Assembly (NCBI GenBank): GCA_030390025.1
Contig: CM059431.1
Span: forward strand, 115,756,001 to 115,820,000
DNA: 64,000 bases
Direction of reading: 5' to 3'
Source of the DNA: Squalus acanthias
Taxonomy: Eukaryota
Part shown: one piece after another, positions 35,744-47,995 of the stretch
Layout of the letters: each line of letters starts with the position of its first letter
Position numbering within the stretch: the stretch's first letter is position 1
Translations under genes and position numbers: made by a program
Notes under the pieces: model-generated
The model's database searches: none
Seen by the model: the letters and a program-made list of their open reading frames with translations, nothing else
What the model was told of the DNA's origin: nothing

Positions 35744-38410
35744 GGGCTGGATTTTTCCAAACTCGGCGGGTCCAAGGCGGGCGACATCCGTGGCGTGTGC
35801 GGACCCCGCATTTATCTCGATCCCAGCCTCCAACAAGATTTTCCGTTGATTGGGCTTGTTAAGCCCGCCCTGCGAGGTTCCCAGCCAATTAATAGGAAGC
35901 AGGTCTGATGACGTCATTTGATGACGTGTCATCAGCCGGTTTCCTTAAAGGGACCATGTCCACAATCATTTTGACAGTTGTGCTGTCAGTGTTCTGCAGC
36001 ATTGAGTTGCTGCAAACACTGACAAGCACTGCACAAAGATACACGGCTGCACCCAGGCTCTCCCATTACTCCCTCCAGATGCTTATGGAGGGAGTCACAG
36101 CATGCAGGGAGGTTCTCTTCCCTTCCAATGGGTGGAAGACACCTCAACATGACACCAACACAGCCTGGTTGCACATTGCACAGGAGGACACAAGCAGGGA
36201 TGTCATCAGGAGGACCAGGCTGCAGTGGCACAAACCTTTCAATAATCTCAGTAGATCACAAAACGTTAATGTAAAGTCACACTCAACCTCATCCTGCTCT
36301 GCTACTCATCACATCCCCATCACTCTCCTTCCCTACCATACTCCTGCACGTCCTTACTCACACCAACTTACCTTGCACCTCCACCAATCCTTCTTTATCT
36401 ACATTATCACTTCCCCATCTCACTAGCCACCCCTCACACTCACCCTCATTCTTGCCCAATCATACCAACTAACAATACACAAGGGTAGGCAGTTGGGTGT
36501 TATTGCCAATATTCATGTAAAGTTCCGTTAATGTGCTGTCAAACATTGAAATCTTTATTTCCAAGGGGGAAAAATTCAGTATCGCCCCGTTTGGGGCGCA
36601 ATTATCGGCCGGTCGCAAAGATTAGCGCCTGGCGATAATTATCGCCTCCGACTGCAAACTTGACTTTTATCGCCCCTGGAGGTGATTGGAGCGCTAAATC
36701 AGGCGCTTCACAGCTGTCTTAAGGCGCAAAGGCCGAGGAGCGAGGCGCTACCTCAGAGCGCTGGCGAAGCTCATGTGATGTCAGTCAGCAATGGAACACA
36801 GACACAATGGCCCCGGCCAGTTCTTAAAGGGGAGGGTTGATCTTACTTTCCATCCACATCCTGCTCATTGCAGCCTTGAATCTCGGCCTGGAGAGACCTG
36901 TATATCAAATCTGCTGGAAAGAACAATGGAGAGAACCAGGGAAAGAGCTCAGAGTGCAACCCCCACAATCTCTTCTAAATCGATACAAGGAAGGGCAAAT
37001 CAAAATGAACCTGCAAAGTGCTGCTCAGTACCCAAAACTCCTTCACACAGTGTTGAATCTCTCCAGAAGTCTCTCGCTCTCTCTCTCAGAATGTGTGGTT
37101 CAATAATGTCGCCAACAAAAAAAGGCAGGAAGCGGTCGCCTTTAAATAGCACTCCCCCAGTCCCTTCCTGACTGCAAAACGCTCCCCTCAACCTGTCATT
37201 GCTAGCGGCAGGCGGTAAGGCAGGGGACGCCACTCAATATCCGCTCCGGGGTGCTATCGGGGCGTTGCGCACTCGACTGACATCACGATCTGCAGGAGAT
37301 CGTGGTGGTACTGTTTAGTGCTGCCGCAAAATGTCTAGTTAATTTCGCGAGCGGCGCAAACATCGCCGCGTCCGGGCGCTAGTTGCTTTGCGCCCCATTA
37401 GCGCCCTCTTAATGCACTAACGGGAGGCGCAACCAACTGAATTTTTCCCCCCAACACTTTGCCTTCTTGGACAGATCTGTGTGCACCTTTGGAAATGACT
37501 TAGTGAGTTGCAATGAATGGTGAGGCATAACGGTACCCCGCCCCACCCCCCCTATGTTGATGAGTGTGAAAGGAATGTCTTGGTCATTGTAGGGATGCTT
37601 TATGGTGTTGGTGTGGGGTGGTGCCAACCTGGCACATCATGTGGCAACCAGGGTGTACAGCGTCAAGTGAAGTAAATCTGGCCATGGTGAGGCCATCCCT
37701 GGTCTACCAGGCAACAATGTGCTCGGGTGCTGATGCCCTGTGTCCTGTGCAGCATCAGGTGATTGCAGAGAAGGTTGGTGCTGTTGTTGGTGCTGCTGGT
37801 ATTGGGGCTGATCTTAGTGGGATTCTGAGGAGCAAGGTGAGATTTTTTCAAGGGCACCAATGCTGATGGAATAGAAGGCAGATGATGTTGAGATGACAGA
37901 AGCGATCTGTCAATGGTGAGAGAGGTTGCTCCAAGGATGTGACACTGGATAGAGAGTTTACTCCAAACACTTCAAACCTCCATAAAGCTGAAAAGTGTAT
38001 TCCAAATCCTAAAGGTTCCAGCCTCTAAGATTGGAAATTGAACAGCTGTGAAATGGTAGCTGTTATACCGCTTTTGCAGCAGTCAACCATTCACAGCAAT
38101 AGAGAGTCATTGAGAGCCTGACACACTTACCTGACGTGATCCCCGAGCGCCGGGAACCTCGTAAAAAACATGGAAAAATCATTAGGACCTGGTATAATGC
38201 TGCTTAAATACCTTTAAGCAGCTTCTTAAGTATCTCAATTGCCTGACCCGTCGCTTAGTGCCGGGTCTGCAAACTGCAGGCAGAGCCGGCACTTGGGAAA
38301 TTAACAAGGAGGCGGGTTCAGTGCAGACTTCCGCCCCGCTGTCAATCACTGCCATTTTGACAGCGACCCGCCTCCGGACCCGCCCTCTGAGCGCCGGCAA
38401 AATTCAGCCC
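35744..38410. mobile_element. Internally deleted Harbinger element
   Basis: TIR GGGCTGGATTTT / AAAATTCAGCCC, flanks CGA/TGA; Myb/SANT remnant at about 36040-36260 (+): LQMLMEGVTACREVLFP...AWLHIAQE..SRDVIRRTRLQWHKPFNNL. Confidence 0.85.
36565..37451. mobile_element. Nested MITE
   Basis: Perfect 16-bp TIR GGGGGAAAAATTCAGT / ACTGAATTTTTCCCCC with TSD CAA/CAA. Confidence 0.93.
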
Positions 38411-38454
38411 TGACTGTTTGCAACCTCATCATTCTATTTGATCCTGAACCAAGC

Positions 38455-38890
38455 TCCCATCTCCCACCCTCCATAAACTTGAACTCATCTAAAACTCTGC
38501 CGCCCTAACTCACACCAGTTCCTGTTCACCCATCACCCCTGTGCTCATTGACCTAAAATTCTCATCCTCGTGTTCAAGTCCCTCCATGTCTTCGCCCCTC
38601 CCTATCACTGTAACAGCCTCCAGCCCTACAACCCTCCGAGAGTTCTGCGCTCCTCCAACTCTGGCCTCTTGTGCATTCCCCACTTCCTGCATCCCACCAT
38701 TGGCAGCCGTGCCTTCTGCCATCTAGGCCCTAAGCTCTGGAATTCACTCCCTAAGCCTTTGACCAAACTTTTGGTCATCTGTCCTAATATTTCCTTCTTT
38801 GGCTTGGTGTCAATTTTTATCTGATTATGTTCCTGTGAAATGGCTTGGGATGTTTTACTATGTTAAAAGCACTATATAAATGTTGTTATC
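38455..38890 (+). mobile_element. L2 3' fragment
   Basis: Colinear with 5905-6445. Confidence 0.85.
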
Positions 38891-40468
38891 TTACACTAAT
38901 CCTGTATGTGTGTGGGGGTTGAAACCGGACCTTGGCTGTCAAGCGTGCTGTGCACATCCATTTATCTACATATTCAATATCTCACATTACAACATATACT
39001 CCCATGTTATAGGCCCCCCAAATCCTCCATCATAACTTAACTAGCCCCAACTAAAAAATAGTTTAAGAAATCTTGCCTGAGATGTCCAAATATTGGTTTC
39101 TGTCTCCGCTGCAACCCCTTTAACCTCAGTGTTATGCACACTCACTATCATCAGATACTGTGAGGTCCTGGCACTGAAAATTGTACATTCCCTGTCAGAT
39201 CACCGAACCTGGGATCATGCTCAGGATCTCCAGTGCAAAACAGTCACATTTTTCAAAAATAATGCTTCATGCTGTTCGCACTGGGCATGTGTGTGTGCTT
39301 AGGCCTAGCTTTCCACCTCCCAGACATTTCCATTGCTCAGATATTTCCATCTGCGAAAAAGTTCATCAATTTCATATGAAGCGCCTTAAGATATTTTACT
39401 ATGTTAAAGGCACTATCTAAATGCAAGTTGTTGTTGCTGTTTACTCACCACCAGTCTATCGTGATGGAGTAGCCAAGTAACGTCATCATAGAAATGATTG
39501 TTTGTGGTGTTAATGTAAGAACATAAGAAATAGGAGCAGTAGTAGGCCATTTGGCCCCTCGAGCCTGCTCTGCCATTCAATAAGATCATGGCTGATCTTC
39601 CACCTCATCTCCACTTTCCCTCCCAATCTCCATATCCTTTGAATCCCTTAATCTCCAAAAATCTATCGATCTCTGTCTGGAATATACTCAACGACTGAGG
39701 CTCCACAGCCCTCTGGGGTAGAGAATTCCAAAGATTCACCATCGTCTGAGTGAAGAAATTTCTCCTCATCTCAGTCCTAAATGGCCGACCCCTTATTCTG
39801 AGACTGTGACCCCTGGTTCTAGACTCCCCAGCCAGGAGAAACATCCTCCCTGCATCTACCCTGTCAAGCCCTGTAAGAATTTTGTATGTTTCAATGAGAT
39901 CACCTCTCATTCTTCTAAACTCTAGAGAACATAGGACTAGTCTACTCAATCTCTCCTCATAGGACAATCCCCCCCATCCCAGGAACCAGTCTGGTGAATC
40001 TTTGTTGCACTCCCTCTATGGCAAGTATATCCTTCCTTAGGTAAGGAGACCAAAACTGTACACAATACTCCAGGTGTGGTCTCACCAGGGCCCTATATAA
40101 TTGCAGTAAGACGCAATGGGCTAGAAATTTGGTGCATTTGCGCCTCTCGTTAGTGCCCCAGGGGCGCTAACGGGGTGCAAACGACTTTTCGCCCGGGCCA
40201 GGCACCACTAACGACTCCCGCTAAATTTAGCGGCAGTTTAGCGGCGGCGGTAACTGGCAGTGCTCCGCTCCGCTGTGCAGGTGATTGTGCGCAGCTCCCT
40301 GTTTTCTCCCCGCCTGCAAAATTGGCCCGCACCCCCTGAATCTGCGGCAGGTGATGACAGCGACCGATTCAGCGGGCGGGGACGGAGCGGCAGGAGGCTC
40401 GCGGGGTGCTAACTAAAGGGGAGGTGGCGGGCAGGGAAAAAAAATCAGCCGACTTACTTGTCGTGACC

Positions 40469-42308
40469 TAAGAACATAAGAACATAAGATACAGGAGCAG
40501 GAGTAGGCCAATCGGCCCCTCGAGCCTGCTCCGCCATTCAATAAGATCATGGCTGATCTAATCTTGGCCTCAACACCACTTTCCTGCTCTCTCTCCATAC
40601 CCCTTGACTCCCTTGTAATTCAAATGTCTGTCAATCGCCGCCTTGAATATATTCAATGGGCTGGATTTTCTCAATGGAGACGAGTTGGAGGCGGGACTGC
40701 TGCTTGTCGGCTCAATGTCTCGCCTCCATCATCTTCTGGCCAACCAGAGGGATTTTCCTCTGATTGACCTTGTTCAGCCCGCCCTGCGGGCTCAGCAGGC
40801 CAATTAGGGAGGAAGTCACTGACAGAGCACTTCAACGTCAGACGTGCTATCTGTGAAGACTTCTTGAAAGAAGAAATGTCAGCGTTTGACAGCTCTGTGA
40901 AGCTGTCAAACACTGACATTCTCTGTAGTTTGATGAGCCCTTGTGTTCAGGACTCACCAAACCTTTCAACTTTGTAGATTTCAGATGGCTGTTGGGTCGG
41001 AGGATCCAACAGCCAGTCTGTGAAATCGACAAGGAAGATGTCGGGTCTCCCGATCCAGAGCGGATGAAGGCTGTCGGCAGAAAACAAGGTAAGTGAACAC
41101 TTTTTAACACTTATCACTCACCTTACATACTTACCACTCCACACTTGCCCCCATCACTCACCTCTACATCTTACTTTCAGGTGCCTCCGACCCCCGCAGA
41201 CCTCCTTCACGTCTCCTCCAACCCGACGGGGTTCTCCGAGGTCGGGAAGCCTTCACCTGAGAAGGCAAAATGGCACTAATCCTTTTTTCTGCCTGTTAAC
41301 TACCTGTTAACAGGCAGTTAAAAGGATTTAATCTCTTTCCCGCCTCCAGGAGACGGGACCCAAAGCAGCACATCTTCCCGCCTCCTGGCAAAAGGGCACG
41401 GAGGCGGGATGGGGGCGGGTTTGCCATCCGCCCCCACTTTCTGCTACTTTACCGGCAGTCCCGCCGCCATACCCGACTCCTCGGGGCTGAGAAAATCAAC
41501 CCTACGACTCTGCCTCCATAGCTCTCTGGGGTAGAGAATTCCAAAGATTCACGACCCTCTGAGAGAAGAAATTCCTCCTCATCTCCATCTTAAATGGGCG
41601 ACCCCTTATTCTGCAACTATGCCCCCTAGTTCTAGATACCTCCACTAGGGGAAACATCCTCTCACCATCCACCCTGTCAATCCCCCTCAGAATCTGATAT
41701 GTTTCAATAAGATCACCTCTCATTCTTCTAAACTCCAATGAGTATAAGCCCAACCTGCTCAACCTTTCGTCATACGTCAACCCCCTCATCCCAGGAACCA
41801 ACCTAGTAAACCTTCTCTGCACTGCCTCCGATGCAAATGTATCCTTCCTTAAATATGGAGACCAAAACTGTACGCAGTACTCCAGGTGCGGTCTCACCAG
41901 CGCCCTGTAAAGTTGCATCAAAACTTCCCTACTTTTATACTCCATACCCCTTGCAATAAAGGCCAACATTCCATTAGCCTTCCTAATTACTTGCTGTACC
42001 TGCATGCTAACTTTTTGTGTTTCATGTACTAGGACCCCCAGATCTCTTTGTACCGCAGCATTTTGTAGTCTCACTCCATTTAAATAATAATTTGCTTTTT
42101 CATTCTTCCTTCCAAAGTGGATAACCTCACATTTTCCCACATTATACTCCATCTGCCAAATTTTTGCCCACTCACTTAACCTATCTACTGTATATCCCTT
42201 TGCAGACTTTTTGTGTCCTCCTCACAACTTACTAACCCACCTATCTTTGTATCATCAGCAAATTTGGCTACAGTGCACTCGGTCCCTTCATCCAAGTCAT
42301 TAATATAA
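40469..42308 (-). mobile_element. CR1 copy b, split by 40658-41502
   Basis: ORF 41502-42152 ([18 protein letters not shown]...RRMRGDLIETY...WNSLP); 3'UTR at 40469-40657. Confidence 0.93.
40658..41502. mobile_element. Harbinger-derived non-autonomous element
   Basis: TIR GGGCTGGATTTTCTCA / TGAGAAAATCAACCC; left end similar to 35744-35900. Confidence 0.85.
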
Positions 42309-43289
42309 AACCTGTTGCGTCTTTAAACGCGGGGTCCTCTTCTGGCACGACACCCCGCTCCCCGGTGGTCCAGGTAGGGCCCAGCAGAGTTGTGGGCTTG
42401 GGCCCTCCCCTTTAATGAGGGGAAGAGCCCTTCCATGCGGCAGCGCTACGTGGCCCAGTGCGTAGCGCTGCAGAACACACCACCCCGATATTCGGGGTTA
42501 GCGCTCTAAGAAGGAAGTGGAGTGCTTAAATTAACACTCCACCTCCCTCTTGGGGCGCTAAAACTGAAGTTAGCGATCGCCGGCGCTATTTTTTGCCGGG
42601 CACTAAACTTAGCAGCCAGCCGATGTTAGCGACCCAAAATAGTCGCAAATGAATTTTTCCCCCCTTTACTCTTGTACTCAAATCCTCTTGTAATGAAGGC
42701 CAGCATACCATTTGATTTCCTAATTGCTTGCTGTACCTGCATGTTAACTTTCACTGATTCATGTACAAGGACACCCAGGTCCCTCTGAATACCAACATTT
42801 CCCAATCGCTCACCATTTAAAAAATACTCTGCTTTTCTATTTTTCCTACCAAAGTGGATAACTTCACATTTCTCCACATTATATTCCACTTGCCATGTTC
42901 TTGCCCACTCACTTAGCCTGTCTATATCCCCTTGAAGCCTCTTTTGCATCCTCCTCACAACTTACATTCCCACCTAGCTTTGTATCATCAGCAAACTTGG
43001 ATATATTACATTTGGTCCCCTCATCCAAATCATTGATATAGATTGTGAATGGCTGAGTCCCAAGCACTGATCCTTGCGGTACCCCACTAGTTACAGCCTG
43101 CCAACCCGAAAATGACCCGTTTATTCCTACTCTCTGTACTTGTTCCTTTGTCCTCTAATTTAATGAAGGCTTTAACCTCTTTATTTTAATGTCTCAATTC
43201 GTATGCTAACATACACAGTCATTTTGAAGCTATAATCTCACGAGGTAAAAGAAGTCAGCAGATGAATTTGCTCTTTTTATACAAAGAAA

Positions 43290-43542
43290 GGAGAGGAGGA
43301 ATTTCTTCTCTCAGAGGGTCGTAAATCTGTGGCATTCTCTGCCCCAGAGAGCCGTGGAGGCTGGGTCATTAAATACATTTAAGGTGGAGATAGACAGATT
43401 TTTGCAAGATAAGGGAGTGAAAGGGTTATGGGGAGTGGGCAGGGAAGTGGCTTTGAGCCCAAGATCAGCCATGATCTTATTGAATGGCGGAGCAGGCTCG
43501 AGGGGCCTATTCCTGCTCCTATTTCTTATGTTCTCTTATGTT
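43290..43542 (+). mobile_element. CR1 3' end
   Basis: RRNFFSQRVVNLWHSLP...FKVEIDRFL and ttcttatgtt tail. Confidence 0.9.
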
Positions 43543-44333
43543 AAACAATCAGCGAGAGGATCAGAAAAGTAGAAATCAAGAGGAAACTGGAAAGGTTCTT
43601 GAATTAAATGAAAACAGGGCTTAAAAACTTGTTGGAAAGAAAGAAATTGCCAAAATAAGCTTAAATTTAGTAATCTAAAAATTCAGAAGGTATCAGAATT
43701 GGCAATTTTGCTTGAAATTTAGGTTTTTTTAATTTACTTTTGACTGTATTTTGCTTTATAGTGGAAAGATATGTAGGACAGCCATTGATAGCAGGTCAAT
43801 CGGAAGGGGCTGGAACAGAACAATTCAGGTGCAATATTGTAAGCTTTGTTAGCAAGGTCGTGCTGGAGGATGCATTGATCCAATACACCTTCAACAAGAT
43901 TGACCTCTGCAATAACTCAACTACCATGCAGGCCAGTCTTTTGATCTGTTAAAACTTGTTCTACACCATCTGAAGAAAACTCTCTGGACACAGTTGAAAT
44001 GAAATGCACCAACATTTATTTTCCTAAATTTGATCAGTGTATGTGGTTAGTGGTCTTTGACCCGGCTCTATTCCTTGGTGCAGTGCATGTTTTGTGTGTT
44101 CTAGCTCCTAATCTTATTCTGCCTCTAACTGCTTCCCCAGTGGCACGGGTAAATGAGGTGGCTGGGTCCTGGGTGCCAGAATGAAAGCGTTGTAGCAGCT
44201 CCAAGGGACTGGCGCAGACTTGCATTAACCTTCTGTGGTGATCACACACCAGTTATACATTGGTGGAGTGGAAGCTCTTCTTGTTGGCATAAGCTGCTGG
44301 CTCGCCTTCTAGTGCCCCGATAGCTACATGAGT

Positions 44334-45327
44334 TCATGTTATTGTGCCCTGGACACGAGGGAAGCCTGCCAAATCCCAGAGCTCTCTCATTCTAGCTGTT
44401 GCCGTCCATCGCAAAGGTAATGTACTGGTTTTCTCTTGCTTGGAGAGCATTGGTGACCTGTTTGATGCAGCTGGGCACCGCAGACTGGGAGAAACGGGTG
44501 ATGTCCCCTGTAGCAGCCTGGAAGGAGCTTGTGTCAAAAGATTTAATGGGGGTTGAGACTTTGACAGCCACTGGCAAAGTATGGTGCCCTAGTCCAGCAG
44601 GCCACAGGTCCTGCTGCAACAGGCTGCATAGGCCAGAAACAGCCTACCTGGTGAAGCGCATTCTCCTTCTGCGCTGATCTTCAGAAATATCCAAGGAAGC
44701 GACTCTTGGCCTTGTGTGCTGAGTAAGGCCTTCTACAAGCAACCTCCTGCACCTGCTGTCTTCTAACAGGCGCAGCTGCTGTTTGTCCTGGTTCTTGAGG
44801 CTGCTGCTCCTCATCCTCCAAGTGTTCATCCATCCAAAGGAGTGAAGCAAAAAGAGCTCCCATGATAAGCAGTGCACGCTCAATGAAAAGGAGATAAAAA
44901 TCAGAAAGAAGCAAACTGAAAGCTCAGAACTGGCTTGAAAATGCACTGCTCACAATGGCGCACAGAGCCTGATGACCTAAGTGCTTGCAGGTGAGTGTTT
45001 CTTTAAATGCAGCTCCCAGTCGCGTCGGACAGTTTGTGAAGCAAATGTAGCCAAGTTTTACTCAGCAGTTTTGCTGCTGTGCAGGACTTCTGACCCGCCC
45101 AATTAAAATCGTGTTGAGGTCCAATGATGCCAGCGGACCCCTATTTAAATTAATTCATGAGGCACCTGCCTGTTTCTACTTGGTACATTCCTGATCCAGG
45201 TTAGCTCCGGAGTTAAGATGGCGATCGGCAGGTTTCTGGCGGGAACTGGGCAATAAGTCTAATGTTTGTGATTTTAACCGTTGCCCCGCCCCATTCCTGC
45301 CAAGCGAGTTGGGTTGAATTGGGGCCG
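44334..45327 (-). pseudogene. Harbinger end with HARBI1-like transposase remnant
   Basis: LDISEDQRRRRMRFTR; TLPVAVKVST...SSFQAATGDITRFSQSAVPSCIKQVTNAL; AGFPRVQGTI; terminus ...gggttgaattggggcc. Confidence 0.88.
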
Positions 45328-45837
45328 ATACCTTTGATATATTGGTGAAAGAATCACTGATTGAAAATCAACTCAACAATCTGTCAAATTAATTTAAAGA
45401 AGAGAATTTGACAGCATATCTGCCAGAAATGTTTCTAAGCGCTTCACATACAATGATTTACTGTTGCAATGCACTGAGTATTGTGTTGCAAATGCAGCAG
45501 CCATTTTGTGTGAAGCAAGTTGCTACAAATAGCACTGAGATGAATAACCACTAAGTCTAGTTTTGGTGCTGTTGGTTGATGAAGGAATGTTGTCTGAACA
45601 CAGGAGCAAGCACTGCTTTTCTACAAATAGTGCCGTACGATCTTATATATGTATATATATATGGCACTGCTCAATGGAAATTGGAGGGTGTGGTATTTTA
45701 TAGGGAAGTGGATACATTAATTGTTGCTGCTGATGGTAAGCGAGGGGATATGGTATTTGGTTTGTGAGGAATTGGGATGTGGTGAGGGAGTATTTTAGAA
45801 GCTTGGAAGTGAGAATTAATGGGGATTAGTCAGTAGT

Positions 45838-45985
45838 TAGAAACATAGAAGATAGGAGCAGGAGTAGGCCATTTGGCCCCTCGAGCCTGCTCCGCCATTT
45901 AATGAGATCATGGCTGATCATCCAAATTCAGTACCCTGTCCCTGCTTTCTCCCCATATCCCCTGATCCCTTTAGTCTTAAGAAAT
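45838..45985 (-). mobile_element. CR1 3' end
   Basis: tagaaacatagaa...ggagtaggccatttggcccctcgagcctgctccgcc. Confidence 0.85.
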
Positions 45986-46431
45986 ATATAGATAAAAGTA
46001 ATGAGGATTTGGAGTAGTGGGTAGTTGGTAAAGAATATTGAGTGATGAAGGGATAGGGAGGTGAAGTGAGTATTTGAAACCACAGGGAATATGTGTAGTA
46101 AGTATTTGGGTGAATTAATACTTGGTTTAAGTGGGTCAGCAGTGGGGATTTGGGGTAGAGCAAGGGCGCTCGGAGGGTGCCAGGAGTGGCAAAAGATGGC
46201 AGGAAGGAGCGAGTAATGGCGGGGGCCAAGGTACAAGCATTTAGGTTAGGGTGCAAGAACGGCAAACCCATGGGGTGGGGGGGGGGGGCGGTGGTGGGGT
46301 GGTGATGTGGAGGGGGGGTGGAAAGAAGGGCAGAGGAACAGCAAAGTAACAAGCAGGGGAAAGGCATGGGCAATCGGACAGGTGGGGCTGGGAGTAGAGT
46401 GAAGAAGAATGAAGGTTCGAGGCTGGCATAC

Positions 46432-46579
46432 CTTGATTTTCCATCCATTTAAACTAATGACTGGAAAGGGGGAGCTGCAGGCCGACCAATGTCTGAACAG
46501 CGGTCACTGCGCGTGTCGATCCACACTGAGATCGCCCCAGCCTAGTAAGCCAGCACCTCGTGTGTTGTGAGCTTCAGGA
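46432..46579 (-). other. Candidate spliced exon (5'UTR or start-codon exon) of an unidentified gene
   Basis: Strong acceptor ttttctttccttcccctccag, donor AAG/gtatgc, CpG-retaining non-repeat sequence, two ATGs near the 3' end; no through-frame ORF. Confidence 0.3.
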
Positions 46580-47403
46580 CTGGAGGGGAAGGAAAGAAAA
46601 TTGTTTAAAAAACATTAAAAATTGAAAAGAATATATATTAAAAGAAAGGTACCCAGAATACATTAAAAAATAAGAGGCACTCAGCTCCTTTAACAGAACT
46701 GGATGGGGAAATAATTCCCAGCAGGATCAAACTTGCTTGTAAGTGAAACGCACTCTCCTCTGACTTGCTGTTAAGTAGAGTAGCCTGTACAAATATTTTT
46801 CAGAAAGTCCTCATATTACCTATTTATCCGCTGGGTACAAATCTAAGCAGAACTTTATATCTGAGCTGCTGAAATCATGAATAAGTGTTTAAACTTTTCT
46901 CACATTTGAACAAAACCTCAGAGAACAAAATAACAGCACATGACCTTTTATGAACCTCTCAAGAATGACCCATAAAATAAGTTGTGCTTTGAGCTGATTT
47001 AAGGAAAAATTCTACACATCTTGCACAAAAATAAGTTTACTCTGTATTTTTTGGATATTACTGCACTAGCTGCATTGCCACATCTCAGTAATATTCTAAA
47101 TCCTACCCCCATTCCTCCTGGTACATTTCATTTTTGTGTTTTTGTAAAGGATGGAGATAGACCGATGTAGTGTTGTTATGCTAGACGAATCATTGCCAGC
47201 TGCATCTTACTGCAAAATGCTCCACGGAGGGATGATGTATAAGTACTGTATATGATAAAGAACTTTTTATTTAAAGAAGTAAAAGAAAACATCAGCATCT
47301 GTCCCCAATATGTCCTATTGGCCTTCAGTGTTATATCATCAATGTGGATGTATACTAGCAGACCTCCAATAGCATTGTTCCCAATGAGTCAGAGGTTAAA
47401 TAC

Positions 47404-47852
47404 ATAGATTTACACAAAACTTACAGCACAGAAACAGGCCATTCAGCCAACTGGCCCATGCCTGTGTTTATGCTCCACATGAGCCTCCTCCCACCCCTTT
47501 TCATCTAATATTATCAGCATAACCTTCTATTCCTTTCTCCCTCATGTACATATCTAGTTTCCCCTTAAACACATCTATGCTATTTGCCTCAACTACTCCA
47601 TGTGGTAGCGAGTTTATGCTCCACACAAGCCTTCACCCTCCATGCTTCATCTAACCCCATCAGCATATCCTTCTATTCCTTTCTCCCTCATGTACTTATC
47701 CAACTTTCCCTTAAATGTATCTATGCTATTCGCCTCAACTACTCCCTGTGGTAGCGAGTTCCACATTCGAACCACTCTCTGGGTAAAGCAGTTTCTCCTG
47801 AATTCTCTATTTGGTTTAATAGTGATTATCTTATATTTATGGCCCTTAGTTT
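47404..47852 (-). mobile_element. CR1 3' end with an internal tandem duplication of about 148 bp
   Basis: ORF 47647-47856 (FTQRVVRMWNSLP); 47466-47613 resembles 47614-47760. Confidence 0.85.
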
Positions 47853-47995
47853 TCATTGCAGCGAATGGCAGTTGCTGGATGTGAAAATGGGAGAGCGGTG
47901 TAGCTCTCCACTGAAAGGATTTGGAAAGAAGTTTGGAAGATATTGTTCAAATATTTTTTGATTGATTCCAAGAAAACAAAAACAGAGTGATTGCA

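Larger units (their letters stand above)
40118..42663. mobile_element. GC-rich MITE halves (40118-40468, 42309-42663) enclosing CR1 copy b
   Basis: GGGCTAGAAATTT / GAATTTTTCCCCC ends; subterminal motifs shared with 18489-19241; no clean TSD. Confidence 0.65.
39517..43136 (-). mobile_element. CR1 copy a (39517-40112 plus 42664-43136), split by a nested block
   Basis: ORFs 39605-39967 and 42626-42958 are consecutive parts of CR1 ORF2. Confidence 0.9.
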
